The notes below the pieces were generated by a model. That model did no database searches. It saw nothing but the letters and a program-made list of their open reading frames with translations, and had not been told where the DNA came from. This document shows positions 39,769 to 49,605 of a stretch of DNA of 64,000 nt, piece after piece (within the stretch, counting starts at the first letter, position 1; each line of letters starts with the position of its first letter). Position numbers and translations under genes: made by a program. The DNA comes from an uncultured Microthrixaceae bacterium (lineage in GTDB: Bacteria > Actinomycetota > Acidimicrobiia > Acidimicrobiales > VFJN01). The DNA lies in NCBI GenBank assembly GCA_963717755.1, contig CAVQWY010000003.1:96169-160168 (forward strand), written 5' to 3'.

Positions 39769-40512
39769 CTAGCGACGCCGGAGCGCTGGATGGGGAAGGT
39801 ATCGCTCCTGCCCGCGAGCCGCTACATGGGCGACGAAGAGGTCATAGGCCTTCTGGCCCACCATCTCGATGATCTCGTCGCTCATCGTCTCGTACACGGG
39901 CTGTCGTTCGACGAAGGCATCCGGGGTGTCCGTGCACCACCAGTGGAACTCGGCGCCGCCGTCGCCCCAGTCGCGCCGCTTCCACTCGCGAAGCGTGGAG
40001 GTGATGTGGCCGTCCTCCTCGGTGTGGTCCTCGAGGCGCAGCGGCAGCTGCCAGCACACCTCTGGCTTCCAGTCGAGCGGCCGCTCGCCGGCTTCGAGGG
40101 CCGCGGTGTGCAGCGCACAGCCGATGCCGCCGGAGAAACCAGGGCGGTTCAGGAAGATGCACGCCCCGTCCACCAGGCGCGTCTTGATCTCGCCGGCCTT
40201 GTTGGTCTTGGTGGGGCCGGCCTTGCGCTGCCCGATGGCGTGGAACTCCCACTGCTCCGGGGTGAGGCGCTCGGCGTACGAGAGCATGTTCGCCTCGTCC
40301 TCCTCGTCGACGAAGTGGGCTCCGTAGCTGCAGCAGCCCTGGGCCAGCTCCGGCGAGGGACCGGTGAGCACGCCCTGGCAGCCGGCGCCGAAGATGCAGG
40401 TCCACGAGCTCGTGAGGAACGTGACGTCGAACACCCAGGTCCGTTCCTCGTCCGGGTCTTCGAAGCTGACCCATTCGTGGAGGTCTTCGGGGGCGTCTGC
40501 GGGCACGGCCAC
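39769..40512 (-). CDS. Cys-rich putative metal/Fe-S binding protein, conserved hypothetical
   Basis: GTG at 40512 within ORF 39769..40737; the upstream part is antisense to the 40550 ORF. Motifs: CIFGAGCQG, GCCSYG, DGACIFLNRPGF..GCALH. Confidence 0.5.
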   Translation of the reverse strand: MAVPADAPEDLHEWVSFEDPDEERTWVFDVTFLTSSWTCIFGAGCQGVLTGPSPELAQGCCSYGAHFVDEEDEANMLSYAERLTPEQWEFHAIGQRKAGPTKTNKAGEIKTRLVDGACIFLNRPGFSGGIGCALHTAALEAGERPLDWKPEVCWQLPLRLEDHTEEDGHITSTLREWKRRDWGDGGAEFHWWCTDTPDAFVERQPVYETMSDEIIEMVGQKAYDLFVAHVAARGQERYLPHPALRRR

Positions 40513-40549
40513 TCCTGGTCGGGGGAAAGGTAGAGGGTAGTGCTCTAGC

Positions 40550-40765
40550 GTGGCACCGATGGCCGGTGAGTTCGACGACATCCGCGAACGGTTGCAGACG
40601 ATCTCCGACGAGCTGGCCGACCTCGCCATCGAGCGGCTCAAGGAGAGCATCGACGCCGGCGGGAACGAGCTGCCCGTCGACGAGCGACGCCTGTCGCGCG
40701 CGCGGCGCGCCGTCGAGAAGGCCATCGGGATCCTCAAGGAGCCCGACGACGACGCCTTCGGCTGA
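40550..40765 (+). CDS. Small helical protein, hypothetical
   Basis: 71-aa ORF divergent from the Cys-rich gene with a 37-nt gap. Confidence 0.35.
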   Translation: MAPMAGEFDDIRERLQTISDELADLAIERLKESIDAGGNELPVDERRLSRARRAVEKAIGILKEPDDDAFG

Positions 40766-40768
40766 GCG

Positions 40769-41783
40769 TCAGCCGCCGGCGCTCGGCAGGTCGTTGGTGG
40801 CGTCGATGAGGCCGCGCAACCGGGCGGCTCGACGCGGGTCGTAGCGCATCACGAGGCGGGGGAGGTCGAGCTCGTCCCTGTCGGCGACCTCGGCGGGGAG
40901 CGGGTCGCTGCGCTTCGATGGCGCCGTCGAGCAGGAGGTCACCGAACCGCGCGTTGAGGTCCGCCAGCTCGTCGTCGGTGGGGGCGTGCCGGACCCGGAT
41001 GACCAGCCGGTCGCCGGCCCAGCGGATCGAGTGGTAGCTCCGCCAGAAGCGCTGGATCGCAGCCACCGCCTCGTCCACGTCATGGGTGACGAGGAACAGC
41101 TCGTGGTCGTCCGCGGACACGTAGCCGCCCGCCACCAGCTCGTCCTCCATGTAGGTGACCCAGTGGCTCCAGTAGGTGCCACCAGGGACGTCGAGCAGGA
41201 CCACGGGGGCCGGGCTCGCCTTGCCGGTCTGGAGGAGGGTGAGCAGCTCGAAGGTCTCGTCCTGGGTGCCGAACCCCCCGGGCAGGCACACGAAGGCGCT
41301 GCTCTCCTTGATGAGCATGAGCTTCCGGGTGAAGAAGTACTTCATCGCCACCAGCCGGTCGCCGGCGGCAAGGATGTCGTTCGGGGCCTCCTCGAAGGGG
41401 AGGCGGATGCTGATGCCGATGGCGCGATCGGGGCCGGCCCCCTCGGCCCCCGCCTGCATGATCCCGGGGCCGGCGCCGGTGATCACGAACCACCCGGCTT
41501 CGGCCAGCTCGCGGGCCAGGTTGCGGGCGTGGGCGTACAGCGGGTCGTCGGAGCCGGTGCGGGCGGAGCCGAAGATGGTCACCTTCGGCGTGTCCTTGAG
41601 CGGCGCGAACATCGTGAAGGCGGCGCGCATCTCCTTGAGGGCCGCGGCGGTGATCTTCAGGTCCAGCCGGTCGGCGCCGTCGGCGGCCAACCCCTGGGCG
41701 GTGCGCAGGATGTCCCGCAGCACGTCGCGGTTCGCGGTCGCCCCCGACGCCTCGAGGAGCTGCTGTACGAGGTCGTCCTCCAT
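40769..41783 (-). CDS. LOG-family (TIGR00730) nucleotide phosphoribohydrolase-like protein, long form, one frame change
   Basis: Motifs: VTIFGSAR, PGGFGTQDE. The C-terminus ..KRSDPLPAEVADRDELDLPRLVMRYDPRRAARLRGLIDATN is in the frame of ORF 40769..41182. The frame change is near 40916. Confidence 0.7.
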
Positions 41784-41817
41784 CACGTCCCAGCCTGGCA
41801 CGGGTACCGTGCGCGCC

Positions 41818-41994
41818 GTGGCCACGTGCAGCCGGTGCGGCACCAGCGACTCCGACGACGCGGGCGGCGACGGCCTGCCCCTGGGCTGGTCGCTCGAGAC
41901 CACCGTGCGGGGGCTCGCTCGGCTGTGCCTAGGCTGCACGCGAGAGCACGTGCGAGACATCGAAGCCAAGCTCGACGAAGACTGGTGGTCGTGA
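41818..41994 (+). CDS. Small zinc-ribbon protein (CSRC..CLGC), hypothetical
   Basis: Tail of ORF 41176..41994 with a GTG start. Its stop overlaps the GTG of the next gene (GTGA). Confidence 0.45.
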   Translation: MATCSRCGTSDSDDAGGDGLPLGWSLETTVRGLARLCLGCTREHVRDIEAKLDEDWWS

Positions 41995-42398
41995 CCTTGC
42001 GGTCGGTGTTGGTGGTCGATGACGAGCCCGATGTGCGGCTCATCGCGCGGGTGGTGCTGACGGCGGCCGACTTCGAGGTGCGCGAGGTCGACTCAGGCGA
42101 GGCGGCGCTGGCCGAGCTCTCGTCCGGGCGGTCGCCCGACGTGGTGCTGCTCGACGTCCGCATGCCCGGCCTCGACGGGTGGGAGGTGCTGCGCCGCATC
42201 CGGGCGGATCCCGCGTTGGAGCACCTGCCCGTGGTGGTGTTCACGGCGGACATGGGCGCGCGGAGCGAGGCGCCTTCGGTCCTCCGCGGTGGCGATGTGC
42301 TGATCACGAAGCCGTTCCAGGCCGACGACCTGCTGCGGGCCGTGCAAGACCGCGGTGGCCTCGACCTAGCTGCGTTGCGCGGCGCCGGGCGCCGTTGA
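41991..42398 (+). CDS. Stand-alone response-regulator receiver domain (CheY-like)
   Basis: Tail of ORF 40986..42398. Motifs: VVDDEP, LLDVRMPG, VFTAD, ITKPF. Confidence 0.8.
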   Translation: MTLRSVLVVDDEPDVRLIARVVLTAADFEVREVDSGEAALAELSSGRSPDVVLLDVRMPGLDGWEVLRRIRADPALEHLPVVVFTADMGARSEAPSVLRGGDVLITKPFQADDLLRAVQDRGGLDLAALRGAGRR

Positions 42399-44757
42399 CA
42401 GCTCCGGGCGCCCGTAGAGCGTGGTGCGCTGCTCGAGGCTGCGGCCGAGCGGCTCGACCCAGCCCCGGAAGCCGGCCTCGTCCATCATCGTGCCGTGGCT
42501 GGCGCCCGCGGCCCGCGAGATGTTCTCGTCCATGAGGGTGCCGCCGAGGTCGTTGGCCCCCGCCTGCAGGATCTGCACCGCGCCGCCGTGCCCCATCTTC
42601 ACCCAGGACACCTGGATGTTGTCGATCCACCCGCGGTACGCGATGCGACCGACTGCGTGCATGAGCACCGCCTCGCGGAACGTGGGGCCGCGTCGGGCCT
42701 TGTGCTGCAGGTAGATCGGGGCGGCCATGTGCACGAACGGGAGCGGGACGAACTCGGTGAACCCGCCGGTCTCCTTCTGGAGGGCAGCGTGTGCGCACGA
42801 GGTGGCGGGCCCATGAGCGGGGTTGCTCGATGGCGCCGAACATGATGGTGACGTTCGACCGCAGCCCCACGGAGTGCGCGATGCGATGCGCCTCGAGCCA
42901 CTCCTCGGTGGTGATCTTGTCGGGGCAGAGCCGCTGGCGGACCGGATCGTCCAGGATCTCCGCGGCGGTGCCGGGGAGCGTCTTGAGACCGGCGTCCATG
43001 CAACGGCGGAGGTAGTCGGCCAGCGGTTCGCCGAGCCGCTTGGCGCCCTCGGTGACCTCCAGGGCGGTGAAGCCGTGGATGTGGATGTCGGGGGCGACGT
43101 CGTGCACCGCTCGCGCGACGTCGATGTAGTAGTCGCCGTCGAAGTCGGGGTGGATGCCGCCCTGGAGGCAGACCTCCGTGGCGCCGTCCTCCACCGCCTC
43201 GAGCACGCGGCCCTGGATGTCCTCGAGCGTCAGCAGGTACGGGGTGCCCCGCAGGTTGAGCGACAGCGGGCCCTTCGAGAACCCGCAGAAGCGGCACTTG
43301 AACGTGCAGACGTTCGTGTAGTTGATGTTGCGGTTCCGCACGTACGTCACCACGTCGCCGATGACCGCCCGCCGCAGCTCGTCGGCCACCTGGGCGATGG
43401 CCGCGACCTCGGCGCCCCGGGCCGAGAACAGCGTGGTGATCTCGTCCTCGCCGACCTCCTGGCCGAGCAGGGCCCCCTCGAGCACCTCGCCGACCGGACC
43501 GTGCCACCCGAGCCGGCCGGAGGCCGGGACGAGGACCGGTGGGTCGACCGGTGCGCCGGAGTACCAGGCGGTGTTGCGGCGCCCGATCTGGACGACCTCG
43601 GCCCCGGTGCCCGCTTCGACCGCCGCCTTGATCTGCTCGGGGAACACGCCACCGGGATCGTCGCGACCGAGGCCCTCGGCATCGCTGCGGTCGAGCACGG
43701 GAAAGCGCGTGGCGGGATCGAGCCAGCGCTCGGGGTCGAGCGCGAGCTCCGGGTAGATCGTCAGGCGGGGGGCGAGCGCGAACCCGCGGGCCTCGGTGAC
43801 CTCGCGCAGGCGGTCGAGCGCCGGCCAGGGGCGCTCGGGGTTCACGTGATCGGCGGTGATGGGGGACACGCCACCCCAGTCGTCGATGCCGGCGTCAAGG
43901 AGGTGGCCGAAGTCGTCGGAGAGGTTCGGCGGAGCCTGGAGGTGGATCTCGGCCGGCAGGATCAGGCGGGCGAGGGCGATGGCCTGCAGGTACTCGTCGT
44001 CCGGGCACGGAGGCGACGCGTGCATCGCGGTGCCGGCCTTGGGCAGGAAGTTCTGGACGATCACCTCCTGCACGTGGCCGTGGCGCCGGTGGGACGCCGC
44101 GATGGCCTCGAGCGCCTCGATGCGATCGTCGACGTCTTCGCCGATGCCGACGAGGATGCCGGTGGTGAACGGGATGGCGAGCTGCCCCGCCGCCTCGAGG
44201 GTGGCGAGCCGGCGGGCGGGGACCTTGTCGGGAGCGCCACGGTGGCAGTCGAGGTCGTCGCGGAGCGACTCGATCATCATCCCCTGGCTGGGCGCGACCG
44301 TCCGCAGGGAGGCCAGGTCGGCCAGGCTGAGCGCGCCGGCGTTGGCGTGGGGGAGCAGGCCGGTGCCCTCGAGCACGAGGCGGCACATCGCGACGAGGTA
44401 GTCGACGGTGGACGTGCAGCCGTGCTCGGTGAGCCAGGCCCGCGCCACCGGGTAGCGGTCTTCCGGCCCCTCGCCGAGGGTGAAGAGCGCCTCGTGGCAG
44501 CCGGCCGCCGCGCCAGCCGTGGCGATGGCGAGCACCTGCTCCGGCGTGAGGTACGGCGACTCGAGGCGCGCGGGCGGCTGGGCGAAGGTGCAGTACCCGC
44601 AGCGATCGCGGCACAGCATCGTCAGCGGGATGAACACCTTCGGCGAGAAGGTGACCCGGCGACCGTGGGCATCGTCCCGCACGGCCCGCGCCCGGGCCAT
44701 GAGCGCAGGGAGCGGCAGGTGGGCGAGGTCACGGTGGTGCGGAGCCGGCCCGGACAT
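42366..44757 (-). CDS. fbiC: FO synthase (fused CofG/CofH) for coenzyme F420, one frame change
   Basis: ORF 42304..44757 has two radical-SAM sites, CRDRCGYCTF and CTFKCRFCGF. The C-terminus (QKETGGFTEFVPLPFVHMAAPIYL..) is in ORF 42366..42734. The frame change is near 42785. Confidence 0.9.
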
Positions 44758-44781
44758 GGCGGCACCCTATCGTCGCCCTCC

Positions 44782-45645
44782 ATGGGATCCGCGGTGGCGG
44801 TGGAGGAGGTCACCGGGGGCAAGCCCCTCGTGCGGTTCACCGAGCTGCCGGTCGTCCTCTTCGGCGATGACCCGCGCTTCGCCTGGCCGGTGATGGCGTG
44901 GGAGCGCTACCGCGTCGACACCCGCCGCAACCCGTACTTCGACGAGGGCGACGCCGCCTACTTCCTGGCTCGCCGCCTGGGCCGCCCGGCGGGACGCATC
45001 GTCGCCCATGTCAGCGCCTCCGGCGGCGCCGGTCGGTTCGGCTTCTGGTGCTCGGAGGACGACCCGGGGGTGGCGGCCGCGCTGGTCGACGCGGCCCAGG
45101 TCTGGCTGACGGAGCAGGGCTGCACATCGATGGAGGGACCGACGTCGTTCACCCGCGTCGAGGAGGAGGGCGTCCTCGTCGTGGGGGGCGACGTGTCGGG
45201 GGTGACCGGACGGCCGTGGCACCCGCCCTCCCAGGCCCGCCTGCTCGTCGACCTGGGGTTCGAACCTGTCGCCGACGTGCGCACCTGGCGCCTCCCGACG
45301 ACGGAGGAAGGCGCGGGTCCCCCGCTCGCTGCCGATGCACCGGGCCACGCCGGCCCCCACGGTGACCCGCGCCTGGTGCTGGTGGGCATCGCCGCCGTGC
45401 CCGACCTGTCGGCGGCGCTGCGCAACGCGACTCTGCGAGGCGCCCGGGCGCTCGCCAAGCGAGCCCGCGCCGGCGACTGGACGACCGCCACGGTCGTCCG
45501 CTGCGACGACGATCCGGCCATAGCGGTGCCGGCTCTGCTGGCGGCGGCCGGCCGGGCGGGGTACGAGCACGTCATCGCCCCCTGGTCACCCGACCCCGAG
45601 GCGCCCCCCGAGACCGTCCACCGCACCTACCGCCTGCGCTGGTGA
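44782..45645 (+). CDS. GNAT-fold-like conserved protein
   Basis: 287-aa tail of ORF 42823..45645 with DDPRFAWPV, NPYFDEGDAAYFLARR and GRFGFW. Confidence 0.45.
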   Translation: MGSAVAVEEVTGGKPLVRFTELPVVLFGDDPRFAWPVMAWERYRVDTRRNPYFDEGDAAYFLARRLGRPAGRIVAHVSASGGAGRFGFWCSEDDPGVAAALVDAAQVWLTEQGCTSMEGPTSFTRVEEEGVLVVGGDVSGVTGRPWHPPSQARLLVDLGFEPVADVRTWRLPTTEEGAGPPLAADAPGHAGPHGDPRLVLVGIAAVPDLSAALRNATLRGARALAKRARAGDWTTATVVRCDDDPAIAVPALLAAAGRAGYEHVIAPWSPDPEAPPETVHRTYRLRW

Positions 45646-45700
45646 CGACGTCTGTGGTCGAAAACGCTCGCTATGCGGACGAAAACGACCACAGACGTTG
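45646..45700. repeat. Two-tier palindromic element, copy 3
   Basis: cgacgtctgtggtcg-aaaa-cgctcg-ctatg-cggacg-aaaa-cgaccacagacgttg, with a 13-bp perfect core in the outer stem. Confidence 0.75.
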
Positions 45701-45708
45701 GAGAAGGG

Positions 45709-46374
45709 TCAGCCGGCGGCGGCTTGGTCGGCGATCCAGACCACGCGGTCGGCGGTGACGTGGCTGCCGGGGCAGGTCTCGTCGCCGGCGACGACACGGG
45801 CGAGGGCCTCGCGCTTCTCCTCGCCGGACACGGTGACGAGCGCGAGCCGCGCCCGGGCGATGCCGGCGAAGGTGAGCGTCATGCGGCTGTGCGGGTTGCG
45901 GCCGTTCGGGTCCTCGTTCATCACGACCAGGCGCCCGGGGTCGGCGTCGAGCCCCGTCGAGCCGGGGAACAGCGAGGCGGTGTGGCCGTCGGCGCCGAGG
46001 CCGAGGTGGACCACGTCGAGCTTGCCCAGCTCGCCGAGCCGCAGCTGGTACGGGTCGGGGCCCTCCTCGCAGAACATCGGGTAGTTGGCGTTGACCGCTC
46101 CCACCTGCTCGAGCAGGGCGACGCGCGCCAGGTGGTAGTTGGACTCCGGCGAGTCGTGCGGCACGCACCGCTCGTCGCCCCAGTAGACGTCGACCTTCCA
46201 CCAGTCGATCTGGGTGCCCGCGTCGTCGGCCAGCCGCTCGTAGCACCCGCGCGCCGTCTCCCCACCGGAGACCGCTAGGGAGAAGCCGTCGTTGGGACGG
46301 CCGTGGAACGCCTCGATGACGCGCTCGGCGAACTCGCCTGGCACGTCGTCGACCACGACGAGGTCGCCGTGCAT
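45709..46374 (-). CDS. pgl: 6-phosphogluconolactonase
   Basis: From M50 of ORF 45709..46521. Motifs: LAVSGGETA, HLGLGADGHTASLFPG. It lies 7 nt downstream of tal. Confidence 0.8.
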   Translation of the reverse strand: MHGDLVVVDDVPGEFAERVIEAFHGRPNDGFSLAVSGGETARGCYERLADDAGTQIDWWKVDVYWGDERCVPHDSPESNYHLARVALLEQVGAVNANYPMFCEEGPDPYQLRLGELGKLDVVHLGLGADGHTASLFPGSTGLDADPGRLVVMNEDPNGRNPHSRMTLTFAGIARARLALVTVSGEEKREALARVVAGDETCPGSHVTADRVVWIADQAAAG

Positions 46375-46381
46375 CAGCAGC

Positions 46382-47485
46382 TCAGCCCGCGCCCAGCTCG
46401 GCGGCCTTGGCGTCGAGGGCTCCGATGAGCTCGTCGAACGACTTGGCGAACGCACCGACGCCCTGGTCCTCCAGGACCTGGGCCACGTCGTCGAGGTCGA
46501 CCCCGACCTCCGCGATGGCATCGAGGGTGGCCTGGGCCGCCGCCGGGTCCGCGTCAGCGGTGCGAGCCACCGTGCCGCGGTCGAGGAAGGCGTCGAGCGT
46601 GTCCTCCGGCATCGTGTTCACCGTGTCGGGTCCGATGAGCTGGTCGACGTACAGGGTGTCGGGGTAGGCGGGGTTCTTCGTGGACGTCGACGCCCACAGC
46701 GGTCGCTGCACTCGGGCCCCTCGAGCGACGAGGGCGTCCCAGCGAGGACCTTGGAACGTGGCCCGGAACCTCGCGTAGGCCACCTGGGCCTGCGCCACGG
46801 CGCCGCGGCCGCGCAGCGCGAGGGCGGCGTCGGTGCCGATCTCCTCGAGGCGACGGTCGACCTCGGTGTCCACGCGCGAGATGAAGAAGCTGCCGACGCT
46901 GGAGATGCGGCTGAGGTCGCCCGTCGCCTCCTCGAGGCCGGCCAGGTACGCCTCCATCACCTCGGCGTAGCGGTCGAGGCTGAAGATCAGCGTGACGTTG
47001 ATGCTCCGGCTCTCGCTGATCATCGTGCGGATCGGTTCGATGCCCTCGGCGGTGGCGGGGATCTTCACGTACAGGTTCGGCTCGGCGATCGACTCGTGCA
47101 GGTGCCGAGCCGCCGTGATGGTGCCGGGGGTGTCACGCGCCAGGTCGGGAGCCACCTCGACGGAGACGTAGCCGTCGACGCCATCGCTGGCGTCGTACAC
47201 GGGGCGGAGCAGCGCGAGCGCACCTTCGATGTCGGAGGTGACGAGGTCCCAGTACGCCTCGGTGACCGACGTGCCTGCCGCGATGAGGTCGCTGAACTGC
47301 GCGTCGTAGTCGCGGCCGGAGCTGATCGCCTTCTGGAAGATCGACGGGTTGGACGTGAGGCCGCGGATCCCCCTCTCGACCCAGGCGGCGAGCTCGCCGC
47401 TGGTGAGCCAACCCCGTCGCAGGTTGTCGAGCCAGGGGCTCTGCCCCAGGTCGTACAGCTCGTGCAGGCGGGTGCGGTCGGTCAT
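46382..47485 (-). CDS. tal: Transaldolase (long actinobacterial type)
   Basis: Intact 367-aa ORF with TSNPSIF and LYVKIPAT. Confidence 0.9.
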   Translation of the reverse strand: MTDRTRLHELYDLGQSPWLDNLRRGWLTSGELAAWVERGIRGLTSNPSIFQKAISSGRDYDAQFSDLIAAGTSVTEAYWDLVTSDIEGALALLRPVYDASDGVDGYVSVEVAPDLARDTPGTITAARHLHESIAEPNLYVKIPATAEGIEPIRTMISESRSINVTLIFSLDRYAEVMEAYLAGLEEATGDLSRISSVGSFFISRVDTEVDRRLEEIGTDAALALRGRGAVAQAQVAYARFRATFQGPRWDALVARGARVQRPLWASTSTKNPAYPDTLYVDQLIGPDTVNTMPEDTLDAFLDRGTVARTADADPAAAQATLDAIAEVGVDLDDVAQVLEDQGVGAFAKSFDELIGALDAKAAELGAG

Positions 47486-47588
47486 CGGTGCTCCTCTTGA
47501 ATCGGATGAGCGCAGCCGATCGAAAGCCGTGGACCGAGCGCCGATGACCGAAGGTCGGCTGTGCTGATGGTTCGCTCGCTGCGCTCGC

Positions 47589-49562
47589 TCACGGTGCGGG
47601 CTCCTCGAGCTCTTGGATCAGCTGGCGGGCCCGCGCCGCCACGTTCGCGGGGGTGAAGCCCAGCTCGGCCAACACCTGATCGCCGGGGGCCGAGGCGCCG
47701 AACCCGTCGATGGCGACGCTGTCGTCGGCCCAGCGCTCCCACCCGAACGACGTGCCCGCTTCGACGGAGAGGGTGGGCACCTCGGGCGGGAGGACGGCGT
47801 CCTGCACCGCATCGCTCTGCTCGGCGAACAGGTCCCAGCAGGGGAGCGACGTGACCTGAGCGTGGATCCCCTCGGCCGCGAGGAGCTCGGCGGCGGCTAG
47901 GGCGACGTGCACTTCGCTGCCCGTGCTGACCAGGACGATGTCGGCGTCCTCGGCGGTGCGGATGACGTGGCCACCCTCGGCGAGGCTCACGCCCACGGTG
48001 CCCTCCAGGACCGGGAGGTCTTGGCGCGACAGGACCAGGGCGGTGGGACCGTCGTGCTCGACGGCAAGCCGCCAGGCCTCGGCGGTCTCGTTGGCGTCGG
48101 CCGGACGGATCACCCGCAGGCCGGGGATGGCCCGGAGCGCGGCGATGTGCTCGACCGGCTGGTGGGTGGGACCGTCCTCCCCGACGCCGACGGAGTCGTG
48201 GGTGAAGGAGTAGATGACCTTGGCGCGGCTGATGGCGGCGAGCCGCACAGCCGGACGGCAGTAGTCGCTGAACACGAGGAAGGTGCCGCCCACCGGGAGC
48301 GCGCCACCGTGGAGGGCCATCCCGTTCATGGAGGCGGCCATCGCATGCTCGCGGATGCCGAAGTAGATCTGGCGCCCGTCGGGTTCGTCGACCGACTGGA
48401 CGCCGTGGTCCTTCAGGACGGTGCCGGTGTTCGAGGTGAGGTCGGCGCCGCCGGCGATGAGCGACGGGACCACGTCGGCGAGAGCTTCGAGCACCTTGCC
48501 GCTCGCGACGCGGGTGGCCACCTTCTCGCCAGGCGCCCAGGTGGGGAGGGTGGCGTCCCAACCGGGGAGCCCGCGGCTGTCGAGGACGGCCTCGAGCGTG
48601 GCGCGATCGCCGTCGTAGGCCTCCTTGCGCTTGTGCCAGGCGTCTCGTTCGTCCCGCCCTCGGCCGCCTGCCGCTCGGTAGAGGTCGACGACGTCGTCCG
48701 GCACGTAGAACGGCTCGTCGGGCAGGCCCATGACGGCCTTGGCGGCGGTGATGTCCTCGTCCTTGAGCGCGTAGCCGTGGGCGGCGGCGTCGTCGGTCTT
48801 GGTCGGCGACGGGAACGCGATGTGGCTCCGCAGGATCACCAGGGACGGCCGGCCGTCCTCGGCGACGGCGCCGCGCAGCGCCGTCTCGATGGCGTCGAGG
48901 TCGTCGGCGGCCTCGCCGAGGTTGGTGACGTGCCAGCCGTAGGCGGCGAAGCGCGCCCCGGCGTCGTCGCTCAGGGACAGCTCGGTGGGTCCGTCGATCG
49001 AGATGTGGTTGTCGTCGTACACGCACACGAGCCGCCCGAGACCGAGGTGACCGGCGAGCGACGCCGCCTCGTGGGACAGGCCCTCGCTGAGGTCGCCGTC
49101 GCCCATGACGCAGTAGGTGTGGTGGTCGACGAGGTCGGCGCCGAACCGGGCACGCAGCTGCCGCTCGGCGATCGCCATGCCCACCGCGTTGCCGATGCCC
49201 TGGCCCAGCGGCCCGGTGGTGACCTCGACGCCGTCGGTGTGGTTGCGCTCGGGGTGACCTGGCGTCCTCGATCCCCACTGCCGGAAGGCCTTGAGGTCGT
49301 CGAGGGCGAGGTCGTACCCGGTGAGGTGCAGCATCGAGTACAGCAGGATCGACGCGTGCCCCGCCGACAGCACGAAGCGATCGCGGTCGGGCCAGTGCGA
49401 GTCGGACGCGTCGTACTTCATGATCCGCGTCCAGAGCACGTGGGCGAGGGGGGCGAGGGCCATCGCGGTGCCTTGGTGCCCCGAGCGCGCCGCGTGGGGG
49501 GCGTCCATGGCGAGGCCGCGTACGACGTTGATGGCCCGTTGCTCGAGCTCCGGCGCGGTCAC
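47589..49562 (-). CDS. tkt: Transketolase
   Basis: GTG at 49562 within ORF 47589..49862. Motifs: [36 protein letters not shown]. Confidence 0.9.
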   Translation of the reverse strand: MTAPELEQRAINVVRGLAMDAPHAARSGHQGTAMALAPLAHVLWTRIMKYDASDSHWPDRDRFVLSAGHASILLYSMLHLTGYDLALDDLKAFRQWGSRTPGHPERNHTDGVEVTTGPLGQGIGNAVGMAIAERQLRARFGADLVDHHTYCVMGDGDLSEGLSHEAASLAGHLGLGRLVCVYDDNHISIDGPTELSLSDDAGARFAAYGWHVTNLGEAADDLDAIETALRGAVAEDGRPSLVILRSHIAFPSPTKTDDAAAHGYALKDEDITAAKAVMGLPDEPFYVPDDVVDLYRAAGGRGRDERDAWHKRKEAYDGDRATLEAVLDSRGLPGWDATLPTWAPGEKVATRVASGKVLEALADVVPSLIAGGADLTSNTGTVLKDHGVQSVDEPDGRQIYFGIREHAMAASMNGMALHGGALPVGGTFLVFSDYCRPAVRLAAISRAKVIYSFTHDSVGVGEDGPTHQPVEHIAALRAIPGLRVIRPADANETAEAWRLAVEHDGPTALVLSRQDLPVLEGTVGVSLAEGGHVIRTAEDADIVLVSTGSEVHVALAAAELLAAEGIHAQVTSLPCWDLFAEQSDAVQDAVLPPEVPTLSVEAGTSFGWERWADDSVAIDGFGASAPGDQVLAELGFTPANVAARARQLIQELEEPAP

Positions 49563-49605
49563 CCGGCCCACCCTACAAGAGCCCCATACCGGTACCCTCC
49601 GACCT

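Noticed and set aside
42366-42398. Convergent CDS overlaps (33 nt between fbiC and the receiver; 47 nt at 2277-2323) as possible antisense regulation.
   Set aside because: Short 3' overlaps are common in compact high-GC genomes and depend on exact stop assignment. No additional structure was seen.
47486-47588. An inverted repeat (cagccga..33 nt..tcggctg) in the 103-nt tkt-tal spacer.
   Set aside because: It has only 7-bp arms with a long spacer in GC-rich DNA, which is easily chance. No second copy was seen.
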